Made by a program: the position numbers and the translations under genes. From Rhizodiscina lignyota (Eukaryota), in NCBI GenBank assembly GCA_010015805.1, contig ML978145.1, forward strand, positions 124,001 through 188,000: DNA of 64,000 nucleotides, written 5' to 3'. Shown piece by piece: positions 13,090-26,556 of this stretch. The notes beneath the pieces were generated by a model that was not told where the DNA came from, searched no databases, and was given only the letters and a program-made list of their open reading frames with translations. Position 1 is the stretch's first letter. Every line of letters starts with the position of its first letter.

Positions 13090-14735
13090 CTACTCCCCAA
13101 GTCTCTCAACATGAGCGACGTTGATCTCTGCCTTGATCTCCATGTCCATTTTATTCTTTTCCTCCTCTGTCGCATCCGTCAGATGAATCACGACTGTCTC
13201 TCCGAACAATTCAGCAAGCTCTTCCAAGCTCTTCCCTTTCGTCTCCGGGAAGGTAAACCACATAATGACAATACTGAAGACTGTCATGATCACGAACACC
13301 AAGAAGTACTTCCACCCAATATTTGCGAATGCCGTGGCTCCGGGCGTCACATACAAGATGCAGCCGGCGAAATACGTAAAGGTGGCCATTGCAACACCGC
13401 GAGAGCGGATGTTAGTTGGGTATACCTCGGACGAATACACAAACGAGGCAGCGTCGAGAAAGATGCCGTAGAAGAAGACGTAAAAGAAAATAGCAAAAAC
13501 TGCGACTTTCTGTCCAGCTGCGTTCGGATGAGCTTCAACGAACTCACCCACCATGGCCGTTTCGAGGATCAACGCAATGAGACAGCCTGTGAAACCTATG
13601 AGGAGGGACTAGGACAGCAATTAGCCCGCCAGCCTGAGTCGTACGAAATAACCTCACTCACCGGACGACGCCCTATTTTGTCAATCACAAACACAGCGAT
13701 TACGTTGCCGAGCGCACCGATCAACGTGTAACATGCATACAGAAGCAGCGGAACCCATCCTGTCAGCCCGAGTTCGTTATAGATCAAGACACTGTACGAG
13801 CTGATCGTCAACGCCGCAGCCGACTGTGCAGCAAACTGTACGAAGCACGCAAGGAAGGCGCGATGTCTGTACGATTTCGTCGTCAATATCCCCCAATACC
13901 CGCTCGGATTGCTCCTCTCGTACTCGATCTGCACGCGCATCTGATAGAACTCCTCGTGCGCCGCCAGCTCATCCGGATCGTCGGCATCGCGATGCAAGCG
14001 GCTCAGAACCGTCCACGCCTGCTCGTGCTCGCCTTTCATGAGCAGGAATCGGGGCGACTCGGGGATCCACAGCGCGCCCAAGGCCACCACGATCGCGGGA
14101 ATCGTAGTAAACGCCAACGGCCCGCGCCACCCGAACGTCAAGTTCTTCGAGAAGTAGCACCCGAATCCAACCCATCCCGAGATCGTGTACCCGCTCACGA
14201 GGAACACGCCATGCAGGCTGGTCAGCATCCCTCTCCGCGCAGGCGTGCTCGCTTCCGCTAAATAAATCGGCACGAGCGTCGCCAGGCAGCCCAGACCCGC
14301 GCCTTGCAGCGCGCGCACGACAATCAGCATCGCGATGTGCACGCTCCCCGCGGTCAGCGCCCCGCCGACGATGGAAACAAGAGCGGCGAAGAAGAGCGTG
14401 AGGCGGCGGCCGAGCCAATCTGCGCATGGTCCGCCGCCCAGCGCACCGAGGCACGCACCGAAGAAGAAGAGCGCTTGGATGGCGCCGAGGATGTGGTTGC
14501 TATATGCGTAATTTGGCGCCGTGGGCTCGGTGGTGAGGCCGAAGTAGGTGTAGAAGCCCGGCTGGCCGATGGATGTGGAGAACGAGGCGAATCCTTAAGT
14601 TTCGTAAGAATAGTTGAAATTGCATGATTGGAGATGTAAAGAAAGAGTTTGGATATGTTTACCGAATCCATATGTGAAGCTGCCCCATGCAGCAGTCATG
14701 GCGACTGCCACATTGTACACAGTCGTCTTTGTCAT
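13090..14735 (-). CDS. MFS sugar porter family transporter
   Basis: Introns 14594-14662 and 13609-13661. Motifs DWLGRR, PIYLAE, PESPRFL, DKIGRR, SEVYPTNIRSRG, PETKGKSLEEL. Confidence 0.92.
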
Positions 14736-15382
14736 TTTGGACCTTATTTATAGACGCGCAGTTTCAGTTTCAAACCAGATAATCACAAGAGACCCAGGTC
14801 AGCCATTGCAATTGGAACAACCGTTAGGGACACAGCATTATACAAATAGATAATGTGGCCAAGGTACGGTTAAGCATTCACGGCATCTTGGTGATAATGC
14901 ACTAGCACCTCGACCTAACCCTTGCTCGTCTAGGCCCGTCCTAACAGCCAGCCGCCCGCAAAGCTTGAAAAATAATACGGCGGGGAGATGCAGGCTAGCG
15001 GGGCTTTTAGCTCCGTATCAGTTCACTTTTATGCTGATCTCGTCGTTGTTGCTTCGGGCTTTGGGAGCCGCAGGAACGTGATGGTGAAGTTTCAGGCCCA
15101 GGATTATGGGAAACCATATCCGGTGGAGTGGTACATGGGGCGAGGTAAACAACGTCGTTTCCCTCACCACAGCAGCTATTGGACAGGAGCGACTCGAATA
15201 TTCGGATGCGGATTCGCAATGAGATACTTTCGCTAGGACATCAAGATTGTGAATATTAGACGGCCTATCAGGGCCTATCGTACATACTTTTAAAGGTATC
15301 AACCTTTCTTTTACATTATAGATTATACAGTGATTGTGAAATGCAAACGGAAGCCTAAACAGCCAAAAATGTGAGCAGCCAC

Positions 15383-17845
15383 TTAGCTCTCATTTGCTGT
15401 GTAAAATCGCTCGACGCCTGGACGTAATGGTACAGGCGCTGCCGCTGAGCCATTTTGTTCTGTTTTATCTAGAGGGGTCGCTGGTGAGCTCTCTGACGGA
15501 ATGTTGGTATTATCTTTCGCTTGAAGATTGTCCGGTTCGGCCGTACCATTGGCAACGTTAGACGAGTCCTTTCGATTGTTTACCGATTCGATCGGCGCCA
15601 GTGAAGTTGCCTGCCCTTCGTCTCTTACTTCAGCGTAATGAGACGAGTGTTGTGAAGGAGGGCCAGGTCTTTCATGAGACCTTGTGTGTTCCGGGTGCTC
15701 TCTCCGGGGCCTTTCGGGACTCTGGGGTTGAGAAATTGTACCGGGACGTTTCTCGCGTTGGATCTAGTAGGTATAATCAGTGCAACACTCTTGACATGAA
15801 ATTGGACGGTCTTTACCGTCTTCTCATCATGTTTGCTACCCCACAAGCTCCACAGACTCATACCCCAACTCCTCTTGAACCGCTTCCTCTCAACAATCTC
15901 CTGGCCGTTCTCATCGAGTCTTCTTCTCCCCACGAGCGCAGTCGGAGGCGGCTTTTCCGTTCCGTCTCCGCACCTCAGATAGCCCTTCATTTCCTCTAAC
16001 GTCTGACGCTGCAGGTTACGCTTCCGATTCGCATACAAATCGTCCCACTGCTTCTGAGCTTTCAACCACTTCCGGACGGGGCCTTCTTTGATAGTACCAA
16101 TCTCATCAGCAGCGAGCTGAAGAGCACGGATTTCGGAAGCTGGAGGTAAGTCATAGCAGTCGCCATGTCTGTCGATCCTCTGGCGGATCATGTTGTTCTC
16201 AAATGGAGGCAACGGGTCTCCTGCTTTGCCTACGGCTCTGCCGGCGGACACAGAGTTGAAGAGAGGCAGCAAAGCTCCATTCATCTTCTGCTTCTGCAAG
16301 CCGTGGACTTTTGCTCCGTTTTCTGATTCGCCGTTTACTCCCTTTCGCTTCGGGTTTGATCCACTTTCCGAGTCTGTCGACTCTGTAGAAGTTTCGGTGC
16401 TAATTTCGCTAATATCGTCATCATCGAGGATGTCGATTGTGCGATGTTGAGCTCTAGCCAGTGCCCATGCGCCGAATTGTGCAACAGCACGGTACATGTA
16501 TTTAGCTGGTCTGGTCCAGCTGAGAGTATGCGCCACATGACAGAGATCATCCCAGACTTGTAGCTGGACGTCCGTAGGTTCGTATCTTTTGCGCTTAGTC
16601 CCGTCCGGATCAGTCAGAACTAGCATAGCCTCGGAAGGGAGGTATGCTAATGGATTTGCGGCTTTATGTGCCAGGTAGATCTGCTCGTCGCAAAGAAGCT
16701 CGCCTCCACCAGCTTGGATGAGAAGTGGTGGGAGACCACCCAAGCTGGGATTCAAGATTGGAGAGACGAGCGGGTGGGTGAGGAGGTGGTTCGGCGCATA
16801 CATCTGGATCTGCTCTTTAATCTCTATCTTCTCGCCGTCGATCGTTATTGATAAGTCGGGAGTGAAATCTGATTTTGTTTCGAGTTGCGCCTGATCGACG
16901 TGCGTGTTCTGAGCAGATGCAAGTTCGTCACTATTCGGAGGTGGCCACCCTCTTGAGGGCCGATGATGGAATCCATGAGCCGGTATGTAGTCGAATGCGC
17001 CGTCTCCGCTCAAGCTTGGAAATGAGTGTGTCAAATCAACCCATGGTGATAATAACATTGCTCCTGCAGGTAGTGGTATGCCCTGGTCTCGAATAATCAC
17101 AAGCATAGAAAGTGTCATCCCTCCACCTGCCGAGTCCCCCGCAAGTAATATGTTGGCAGGGTCGTATTCCTGTAGCAAGTACAAGTACGCGGCAAGACAA
17201 TCCTGCAGTCCGCACGGAAAAGGGAATTGAGGCGCTAAACGGTATCGTGGCGCCAGACATCGTGCCTTCAGCTTCCGAGCATGCCTTTGCATCTGGTATC
17301 GGTGCTCGTCGACAGATCCAAAATAGTATGCTCCACCGTGCACATACAGAAGCACCCTACTGCCCTTATCTCCAGACCTCTTCCGCTCTTGATAGTCGCT
17401 ACGCATCTCAATCCACTCTGCTCTCAGTGATGCAGGGCCCGACCGCCATTGCCACCACTCCTTTCCACCGACTGCCTGAATCCCATGTGGGCCAAGCTGG
17501 GCTTGAATATGCTTCGCAGATTGTTTGAGCAGGTCTGCACCAATATCAACCTCTTTCAATTTCACCCATCGAGGGACCGGAACCCATTGGCTCGTGAAGG
17601 CTTGTATCTCTTCGACGGTGTGGTGCGACGCATATGTAATGAATTGGCGAACGAGGCTGAGACCTTCGTGGTAGGAGATGTGTGCAGTGGGTTTCTGTTT
17701 CAACGGCTTGCGGTTCAAGTACTATATCGTGTAAGCTTCCAGAGCATTGGTTGAGGCGAGAAAGCTGAGGACAGACGTGAGAGAACCCCGTACCAACCAC
17801 CGTGGGAGTTATAGCCGCTACAACCGTTATGGTGTTGAGGACCAT
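15383..17845 (-). CDS. HSL-family lipase/esterase (alpha/beta hydrolase_3)
   Basis: Introns 17722-17776 and 15764-15816; last exon reads open to TAA at 15383. HGGAY oxyanion motif, GDSAGG nucleophile, YRLAPQFPFP. Confidence 0.9.
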
Positions 17846-19083
17846 TATTCAAAGAGATAATAACTTCCTCCTATGATGGGCGCAAGAAGCTTCTTTGAAT
17901 CCTTATTATTAAAGTTATATAGCGTCCATCGGCGGAGCGCGGGAATTCCAAAGGAACAGACGGTTCCTCGTGAAACGCGTCAGTCATGCGCTTCGTACCG
18001 GAGTGCTCATTGACGCGTTGACAAGAGATTAGACCTTGGCGGGTATGTTATTTATACAAATAGGAGGTTATTCATGGCATAGCAAGTCGAAAAGAGATAA
18101 AACACAATTTAAAACTACAATTTATTCCTGCTGCAGAAGCTGCAGCAGCTTCACGATGGTTTTGGCCCCTTGATTCCTAGTGGCGTCATAGCCAAGGAAT
18201 TTCCTTGCGACCTCAAGGAAGTCACATTTGTACATGTATCTCATTCCTTTCGATATTACTTAGGAAAACAGCATAACAAAACCCACTCATGGTCTATTCT
18301 CCCACATGCCTACTAAATTATACCAAAATAAGCACCAAGGAGGCCAAACAAGCTCAGCTATGTGAATATATCTATTCACCCCAAATTGAACTACACAATA
18401 TGTGCGAAATATCCGTTCCAGCGAGGCTGTTTGAAGACAAGATACTCGACTCCATCCCCTCCTCCGAAATAGCATTATGAGCACTCTTCCATTGTGCCGG
18501 CTGAAAGGGTTGGCATACCGTACAGAATTCTCCTCGTGAAGTCGGATCGAACCGATACGTACCATGTGTAGTTTCAGTCCTCTGTGGAAGGACCATACGC
18601 CGCATTCGTCCAGCTCATTCCACATAGCTGAACGATTACTTTACCCTGATGGAGACGAAAGGCTGCACAAAGTAGAGATAACTTTGTAGAATTGTCGAGA
18701 GGGTGTTGACGTAGCGGGGGGAGTCGAAATGCATTTCATTGGACCGCAATGCACATGTGAGTATCGTTCAAAAGCCACCTGAGCGACCGAAACACATTGA
18801 AATTGACGAATGATTAGGATTGGTGAAGAAAACCAATTTCAGCCAATCTCGGCCTCGTTTGCCGCTTTCAAGGGATAGTTCTTGTGTTGACGCTCGGGTT
18901 GCTCACCTCACCAAGACTGTGGCGCCAACCTTAATGCACCATAACACATTGCGTTACTTCTAAATGTGCCAAGACTTTCAAGTATTTAGGTTCTCCTTCT
19001 GCTCCTCCTCCTCTTCCTTTCCAACATCTTCTGCAAATTTCCCCTCCTTTTCCAGCCGGAATTCCCACACAACACTTCGCATC

Positions 19084-21066
19084 ATGACGGACCCGCTCGA
19101 CGCGGCCCCCCCTTTGATTTGCGAGCAGCCACTGCAATTGGACAAAGGAGATGTTATCATCTCACTCTCACATGAGCCTAGAGATAGGCTTCTCCTTCGA
19201 AGCTCGTCATTTCTGCAATTGCCGTGGCTCAGGAGCCGACTTGGAAAAAGGACTAGGACCAAGAACGCCCGATCGACCGTCGACCCGGCAACTGGCAAGC
19301 CATTCAAAGTCTACAAGTATGGATTGGTGTTGGTTGAGAGAACTTGGGGCGATAAGATGGTGCCTGTGTCGGAAGCAGGGGTAATGCAAGAAATCCAGTT
19401 TATTGTTCACGCAACTCACAGGAAAGAAGTATATGGCAGGAAATAAGTACATGGCTAATGGCGGCGAGATGGTACTTGTGTTGAAAGCAGGGGTAATGCA
19501 AGAAACCAGCTTTATCATTCACGCAACTAACAGGAAAGAAGGAGTTCGACTGCACGCTGAGAAATTGGGCCAACGTGCCCTCCAGGGACGATGACTGGTA
19601 CTCAACACATTCCAAATTGGAACACGATAAAGGTGTCTGCGACATGTACGAATCCTCTCTGGCCACTGGGTTCTTCCGGTATAACATAGGTAATCCTGAT
19701 GACTTCGGCAATCGGAACCCAGGTGCCATATTTCGCCGCACTGTCATTGCTTTCAAGATTTTGTTTCGAATTCTTGAAGGACAATCAGTCGAACTTGTCG
19801 GATTGGAGTCCATGCAAGCCTTGCGCTGCCTTGCAAATGCAGTCGCATATGCTGAATATTTCGAGATATTGCCATCTGTTGGAGCGCGATTGCTAGAACT
19901 CTACGAAGGCCTCGCCGAACATTTCCTGAACGATTCTGCTGATGAGGCACCGCTTTTCCATCTCGCAATGGCCCTGAAGCTCCGATCGGAAAACATGTTC
20001 AAAACGGCTGTGCGACGTCTTACAGAGACCCACCACATCTGCGCCGAAGCCAGCGCTGATCACGAATTTCGCAACAAGATCCGGGTCAGATTAGAAGGAA
20101 CAATCGAAGAAAAAAATCGATCGATCATAGGACTTCGTTCCAGAGGGAGCAGCAATCCTTGCCCTAGTCCAAGACAAGCGCAATGGGCTTTTCTCGAGGA
20201 TCAATGGTCTGTTAATCGCCTTGCAGAACTGTGGCCTGCTTTCAAAAGAAGATCCACCCAGTTATAGAAGTGCTGTCATTGCACCTTTCGCACACTTCAG
20301 GCCTGGAGCTGAAGTAGATGAAGCTCTGCGTTTCCTCGCCTCTTCCGTATTCCTGCAGTGGCTCGCCCAAGAAGTCGCCAAAACGGTTCCCTCTGAGGAA
20401 TTACACATTGCGACGACTAACGTGAGCATTGCACACCAGCCGAAATCTTGTCGCGATGACTATATCTCGTTCATCTGGTGAGTGAATTGATCACTTTGTA
20501 TGCTGCACTAAATATGAGGTCAAGACAGGAGAATGCATCGGATTGCAGTTCGTATCCTCAAGGCATGGGAGAAGAAGGACTTGAAAATGCTTAACAGGAG
20601 CATCCCGAGACGTCTCGCAAGGACCCTCCCTGTCTCTCCAGTGACCTTTTTCGCCAGGAACGAAATCCAGCTTCACAATGAACTCATGAGCATCCTTGAG
20701 CGTGCTGCGTCGATCGTCAGATGCCATATCGGAGCCACGAATCAGCCGGTTACACGGGATGCTGTTTTGAGGATCATCTCGAAAGCCACCCCAGCTACTA
20801 AGAGCGGACATGGCGGAGACGATGATGATACCGACTGCGATGACTTGGACAAGGATGACAGTCACAACTCCAAGCGACGTTCGCAATTCTCCAGGTGGAG
20901 TCCCAGACAAAAACTGATCTTCTGGAACGAAATCACACTCTGGCCTTCTAACTTCCCCTGGTATGGTAAAGCGCCCTATGATATGTTTGTCTCGGAGCAC
21001 TGCGAGCCGGTCACTGCGGAGTGGGCGAAGCTGGTGGGTCTTAATGAGTTGCCACCATGCTCATAA
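19084..21066 (+). CDS. Hypothetical multi-exon protein (orphan-like; one junction uncertain)
   Basis: Consecutive protein-like ORFs join in frame through proposed introns 19360-19429, 19472-19541 and 20478-20528. The frame change near 20085-20130 needs either a weak 46-nt intron or a frameshift. Confidence 0.55.
19355..19541 (+). repeat. Imperfect direct repeat, 2 x 75 bp, period 112 bp, coinciding with two predicted introns
   Basis: 19355-19429 vs 19467-19541 align without gaps with 11 mismatches. Confidence 0.9.
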
Positions 21067-22070
21067 AAATGTCATGGCCAGCGTAGAATTCCAACAAGTA
21101 TTCGAATGCATGGTGGTAGAGCATATCCTATTGATAAGAGTGAACCATTGTATTACACGCTTCATCCTGACTCGCTGTGCCCGAGGTTGTTGAAGAGCGG
21201 AATGACGGTGGAAAGTCGGCCTTCGAAACTATCGCGCTTCAAAAAAGAATCGTCACGCCATAGATACACAAGCTCTTGGAGTTGTTGCTCGTCTACAAGA
21301 GCATATTCGGCAGCAATCAGAACTTGCGCTCTAACTGCCTCGCGCGAACATGGGAGACAGGACATCTTTGGTACAAACATATTTTGAAAGTTCTTCGTCA
21401 AATATCTCCAAGACGGGTTGACGCCGCACACTGTGTACTTTGACAGCTCTTGTACTTCCGCAACTCGGCACTGTAGCGTAGTTACAACTTGCTCCTCCAC
21501 CATCGTGGTGGCAAGCTGATTAAAGAACCTGCGCATCCCGCGTATATCTAAACTGCGAGATGGTCGCCAGCCATGTTGGAGAACTACAGATCCTTGTGCA
21601 CATCATTTCCAGAACCGCGGTCCTTATGTAGAAGCATGTTCGAGTGCCGATTCAATTGACTTCACCGCGATCGGGTCGCATCGTTTGAAGAGGCCATTGT
21701 CGCAGTGCAGTGCCATTTCTTCCCAACCGCGAGAGAAAACGAGATTCTAGCGTCTACGAAGAAGCTAGTTCATCGTGAGCGAGTGATATTTATAGTGGCG
21801 TCTCCTTTCCGCGATAATGAGAAGCAAATCTTCCAAGGCAGATCTAGCAAGCCACTCCCTGATAACCTCGAATGTAAGCTCGCCAATATGTGGAAGCTTC
21901 TTGTAAATGCTGAAGGCAACTGTAATACAGGGGCTCTGTACACTGTTCGCTCGATGAAACTGGATCCTTCGAATTCCAGAGAACCCTCCTAGATGTAGCC
22001 CATCCAAATCATAGCCTTCCTGGGCACAACTCTAGAGGTGGTTAAGCAACGACGGTCGACACGACACTCT

Positions 22071-22905
22071 TCAGCTTAATCGTCTCTTCTTCACTGCACC
22101 AATAGTACCTCCTGGATGGTTCTTTTGGAACTCAGCACCCACATCCTCAAGATGTAATCGCTCCGCCACTGTCAAAGAAAGCATATCACCAACCGCCATT
22201 GCGACGGTTGTGGATGTTGTTGGTGCGCAGACGCCGAATGATTTCTCCTCTGGTTCGTGTATCGGGGCAGGCAGGACGATTGTGTCCGGTCTATCACGAC
22301 AAAGAGGGAAGCTCGAGGAGTCCATATGGCTAGTCATGACCACCGTGGCGATGCTCTCATTAATGTGCGATGAGACAGTCATCAGCTCTTGGGTCCGGCC
22401 AGAGTACGTTATGAATAAGACCACATCGTTCTGCACAGCAAATAAGTGTCTCAAATACGGAGGCCAAAGTCAATAGTATTCCTACCTTCTTAATGTCTCC
22501 TAGATCGCCGTGCACTGCCTCCGCGGCATGCATGAAGCTCGTCGCAACTCCCAAACTCTTCATTGTGGCTACAATCTTCATCCCCACAATCCCACTTTTG
22601 CCAACGCCACAGATTATGAGCTTCCCGCCTGCATCGTGGGCTTTCAGTATACATTCCACCGCCCTAAGGAGCCCGGTCTTTGCGACGGGATTGGTCTGAT
22701 ACAAGCGGGTTACGAAGGAAAGTGCGCTCGCTTCAGTGGCGAGTATATGGACTGCGCGATCGAGTATCTGTGCGCTCTCGGCATCTTCAGGTGATATTGG
22801 AGGTGTCAATGGACCGGAGGGTCTGCGTTTGATCGAGTTCCGCGGAGATTGAACTGTTGAGTCGGTCGTGTCAAGGCTGGCTGATTGGATAAGTTTACCC
22901 GCCAT
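22071..22905 (-). CDS. SIS-domain sugar-phosphate isomerase, KpsF/GutQ-like, without CBS domains
   Basis: Intron 22431-22485. LIICGVGKSGIVG, FMHAAEAVHGDLG, ITYSGRTQEL, APTTSTT..MAVGD, F.KNHPGG.IG. Confidence 0.9.
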
Positions 22906-23629
22906 AATCTCTCTAGTTTCAACCACACAATCCCAAGAAGAGAAGAGAAGTGACAGCAGAATAGCAAGGAGAAATGAAGGAAAGCGAAATTGTTGAAGAG
23001 AGAACGCGACGCGTCACAGCATGATTCCGAGGAAGCTCTTCAACCTAAATTTTAGCTTCGTAAGCTAGAGATAGATGATTCATGACCCTGCGGATACGTC
23101 CGACGGATAGAGAACGCGGGAACATCGCTTCAGCCGTACTCGGCTCGACCCGGAGGCCTGATAGCATGGTGTCAGAAAAACGTGTGGGAGCGTGGGAAGG
23201 AGGGTAGGGAATGTAGTGATAGCGACTTTGGCGTCCATGTTGAGGTGATCGCTGCTAGGCCTTTTCCAGCCATAAGATGCTGCACGCGTCCAGACTCGTT
23301 ACGCGAATGCTTGGCATTTGTGCGAGAGACGGCAATGCGGAATACTGCTAGCTTATTACTAGAATCCATCTGGTGATGGAGTTGTTGGGAAGGATTGGCT
23401 TTGTATGCAAGTTTCTTTGGCGTCTCCATAACCCTTGCGCTGCTGCAAGACTGCGAGTCGACACGTGAAGGGCTTGATGCACTCCATACGGTACCTGTCG
23501 TACTGAGTAGCCTTCGACCAGCTTATGGATTTCCAACACAAGATCGATGTCACATTCATCGATCACATTCTATTTGGAGAGCTCTAGAGGCTTGTGTTGA
23601 ACGATCTCACGCTCGATATTCCACTTTGG

Positions 23630-24386
23630 CTACTCCAACAGATACATACCAAATATATGGAGACTATGCTGTTCTCTCCATTCTCCAGCCAGGAAAATAC
23701 CTCTGTCCGTAGTAAACTCATAGAGGCCCTTATTTATCATTCCAGACTTGTCCATCACTCGTCGGCTCGCCGGATTATCTGCATTCACCATTGCTCTGAC
23801 ATAAAGCTTGGAGAAAGGTGTCCAAAAGGCCACCGCCCTCTTGCAGGACTCAAAGACTGCTACCACCGACTCTGTTGCGTATCCTTTACCCCATCCGATG
23901 GGTAAGAACGTGTAGGCGATTTCGACAGTCAGTGTCGTAGTTGCAGCGGCAGCTGGTATCGTAAAATTCTCCGGCAACGCAAGGCTACTAGTACCCAATG
24001 ATTTCACAGTTATTAGGCCGATAAATCGTGTTGATTTTCCTTGTTGCTCTGCGGACTGCGATTCGTTCGACTGAAGGATCTCGTGCACCGCATAGGCAAC
24101 CCTATATGTCTTTTCTCCTTCTTTGGTTGGCAGATAGCCTTTCATGACCTTCTCCGAGTCCTCGACGGACTTTGCCCTGCCATGGATGCTTCACAAAGTC
24201 AACCGTGAAACCAATTTAAAGAACGAAGCTCCTACGAATGAAATGGACCAAGGGCATGCCTTACCTCCACCACGTAGATTTTTCATTGCTGTGCAGTTCA
24301 TTAAGCCACTCGAATTCCGGACTTCCTCTTTCCGCTTTCGCAAGGAAAATTAATTTCAGCCGCGGTGTGAAGATAACCGGATCCAT
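23630..24386 (-). CDS. GNAT N-acetyltransferase (RimJ/RimL-like)
   Basis: Exon 1 24386-24265 (MDPVIFTPRLKL...), intron 24189-24264. EIAYTFLPIGWGKGYATE (acetyl-CoA binding motif A), NPASRRVMDKSG. Confidence 0.88.
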
Positions 24387-24481
24387 CGGGTCGCTCCTCT
24401 GCTGCGCTTTGTCACTTTTGAGACGAGTGTGGCTGTCGACTGATGCGTGTATCCAGCTGCCCTCGGCCTTGCGGAAGTGTA

Positions 24482-24916
24482 CAGCGCGTTGCAATCACGG
24501 AGGCACACCCCCACTTTTCCTCTATATCCTCAAGTCGGCCTGTGCATTTTACACTTTTGTGGCGTTTGAAAAACTAACTATATAAGGAGTTAGTAGTATC
24601 TTAGTTTCTCTATGCTAGCTTATACTAGCTAGCGTATTATTCTTAAAGCTAGTTTAAATATTTTAGGGCTACGCACGTCCTCTTTCTAGCGTTAGAGGTA
24701 AATTTATTTTAGCTTAAAAAGGAGTAGAGTTATTATTAACTAGCTAATTAGAGCTACTAGCCCTAACCCTAGTAAGATCCAGCTTTTCTAAGCATAGTAT
24801 AAAATGCACGGGCCGACTTGAGGATATGAAGAGGAAAAGGGGGGGGGTGCCTCCGTGATGGCAACGCGTTGTATTNNNNNNNNNNGGGGGGGTACCTCCG
24901 TGATTGCAACGCGCTG
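24482..24916. mobile_element. Non-autonomous Tc1/mariner-type element (MITE-like) with about 75-bp TIRs and TA flanks; spans a 10-N assembly gap
   Basis: Left end TA|CAGCGCGTTGCAATCACGGAGG (24482). Inverted copies end at 24871 (...GCAACGCGTTG|TA) and 24916 (...GCAACGCGCTG|TA). Interior 24570-24800 is AT-rich and TpA/TAG-rich. Ns at 24876-24885. Confidence 0.85.
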
Positions 24917-24943
24917 TATGTTCCTGCATGATGGCGGGGTAGC

Positions 24944-26556
24944 TTATCTTGCTCGGCTCTCTGGTGGACTCTGAGCCTGCCATTTACTGTGTCTCTCTCT
25001 GAAAGTTGAGAGCTTTTCCTCGTATCCGAGCTGCCTACAAGCCGTAACAGCATGAGAATACAGTCTTGCTTGAGCACTTGGAATCTCGAAATCGGGATGG
25101 TTGCTCTCGAAATCTTCAACTTCCTTCAAGGTGGCCTCGAAGTCCTGGTATTCGTGGTTGAGCGTATTCAGAAGGTCGGATAGACAAAAGGCCTCCAAGT
25201 AGGCCATGCGTGTTACATTTCGCTGGAACTGAAGAGCATCTTGTAGGACCTTTCGAAAGCTGTCACGGGCCGCCTGGTCTTCTTCGGTGTCTTTTACTCT
25301 TGTCAACCAAGACTCTGCGGTATTTCGGGCTGCGAATAATGCTTGGTTAGCTCTCGCGATATCTCGTCTTGCTTGCTCCTGCTGAGCGAGTGCAACCATC
25401 ACATCAATGATATTTTGCTCTGGCATCTGCAGTTCTGGTGATTTCCGAAAGGCCTTCATTGAGAGATCAAATGCGATTCCTGGGGCAAAGCCATCCTCGA
25501 AATTGAGAGGGGTTTGGTAGCCAGCAGTTTCGCGCAGAGACTCGAGTGTAGAAGCGTACTGATGAAATAGGTGTCTCGCGTATCGAGGGTTGCTGATTTC
25601 CAGGAGATCTGCGAGAAGCTTTCTCACTGTCATTGATAGGAACTTCATGGTGGGGTCCTCAGAAGAGTCCAAAGTCTCTGCAACATGAACAGATTCCATG
25701 AATATGTCGTTGGCGTCTGCTCTCGGGCCAGAGTATGTCAACTCCATGTGCGCTGCTGTGGCATACAGACGCCATCGGCCTTGGATTTGAAGAGTCTTGC
25801 GGATGGTGGTGAGCTCGAGTGACTTGATTCTGCCGGAGTTTGTAAAGACGATTCGAGAGTCGTTGCTGATATAGTTTGAAATCTTTTCGAGGTTAACGAC
25901 AGTGTGGTGGTATAGAGTTACAATTCGAAACTGAAGTCCCGTCAACACATTCCCGCATTAACTAGAGTACAAGCGTTTACCTCGACATCAGAGAGATCCT
26001 GGATATTAACATTTTGCATATGACGCCGCACGTCAGCCAATATAGACTCTATCTGCCGCATATGCCCAAATACCCAGAGCTTGGCGTCTGCAAGCATAAA
26101 TCGGAGCAAAATTTGCTCGCTCGCTTTACAACTGGAAGAAAGATGCTCAATTCCATTCTCTAACAATTCCATTCGTTCACGTTGGAGGCCTTGATCAGCG
26201 AGCATATCTGCCCGTTGGAGGGTGAGGAGCAAACTGGTGTGCGTTGGTGGAAGTCGAGAGTTAAAAGTTGCCGCAGCATCGTCGTACCGCCCAAAGGAAT
26301 GACTACAGGCTGCATCTTCTAAGGCTTCGCGATGCGCTTTCTCAAGCAGAGTTTGGAGAAGGGATGGATATGATGTCCAGCTGCCATTTTGTGTTGATTG
26401 CTCTGCCATGCTCGGCACTACGGACGATAGCGTACTTGTTTCGTTGTTATGGATGAGAGGTTGGAGGAAAGCATTCCAAAGAATCGTTCGTCCAAAGTAA
26501 CAGAGCTGTGCGGCAAGACCAAGAAATATGAAGAGAAATAGACCTCTCCACATCAT
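24944..26556 (-). CDS. Hypothetical alpha-helical (TPR-like) protein
   Basis: Two long ORFs joined in frame by GT-AG intron 25931-25980 (..DVE|FRI..). Leu/Ala/Glu-rich helical composition; start codon uncertain (26556 or 26409). Confidence 0.65.

Noticed and set aside
24761..24771. CCCTAACCCTA telomere-like motif inside the MITE
   Set aside because: Fewer than two full units in TA-rich degenerate sequence; expected by chance.
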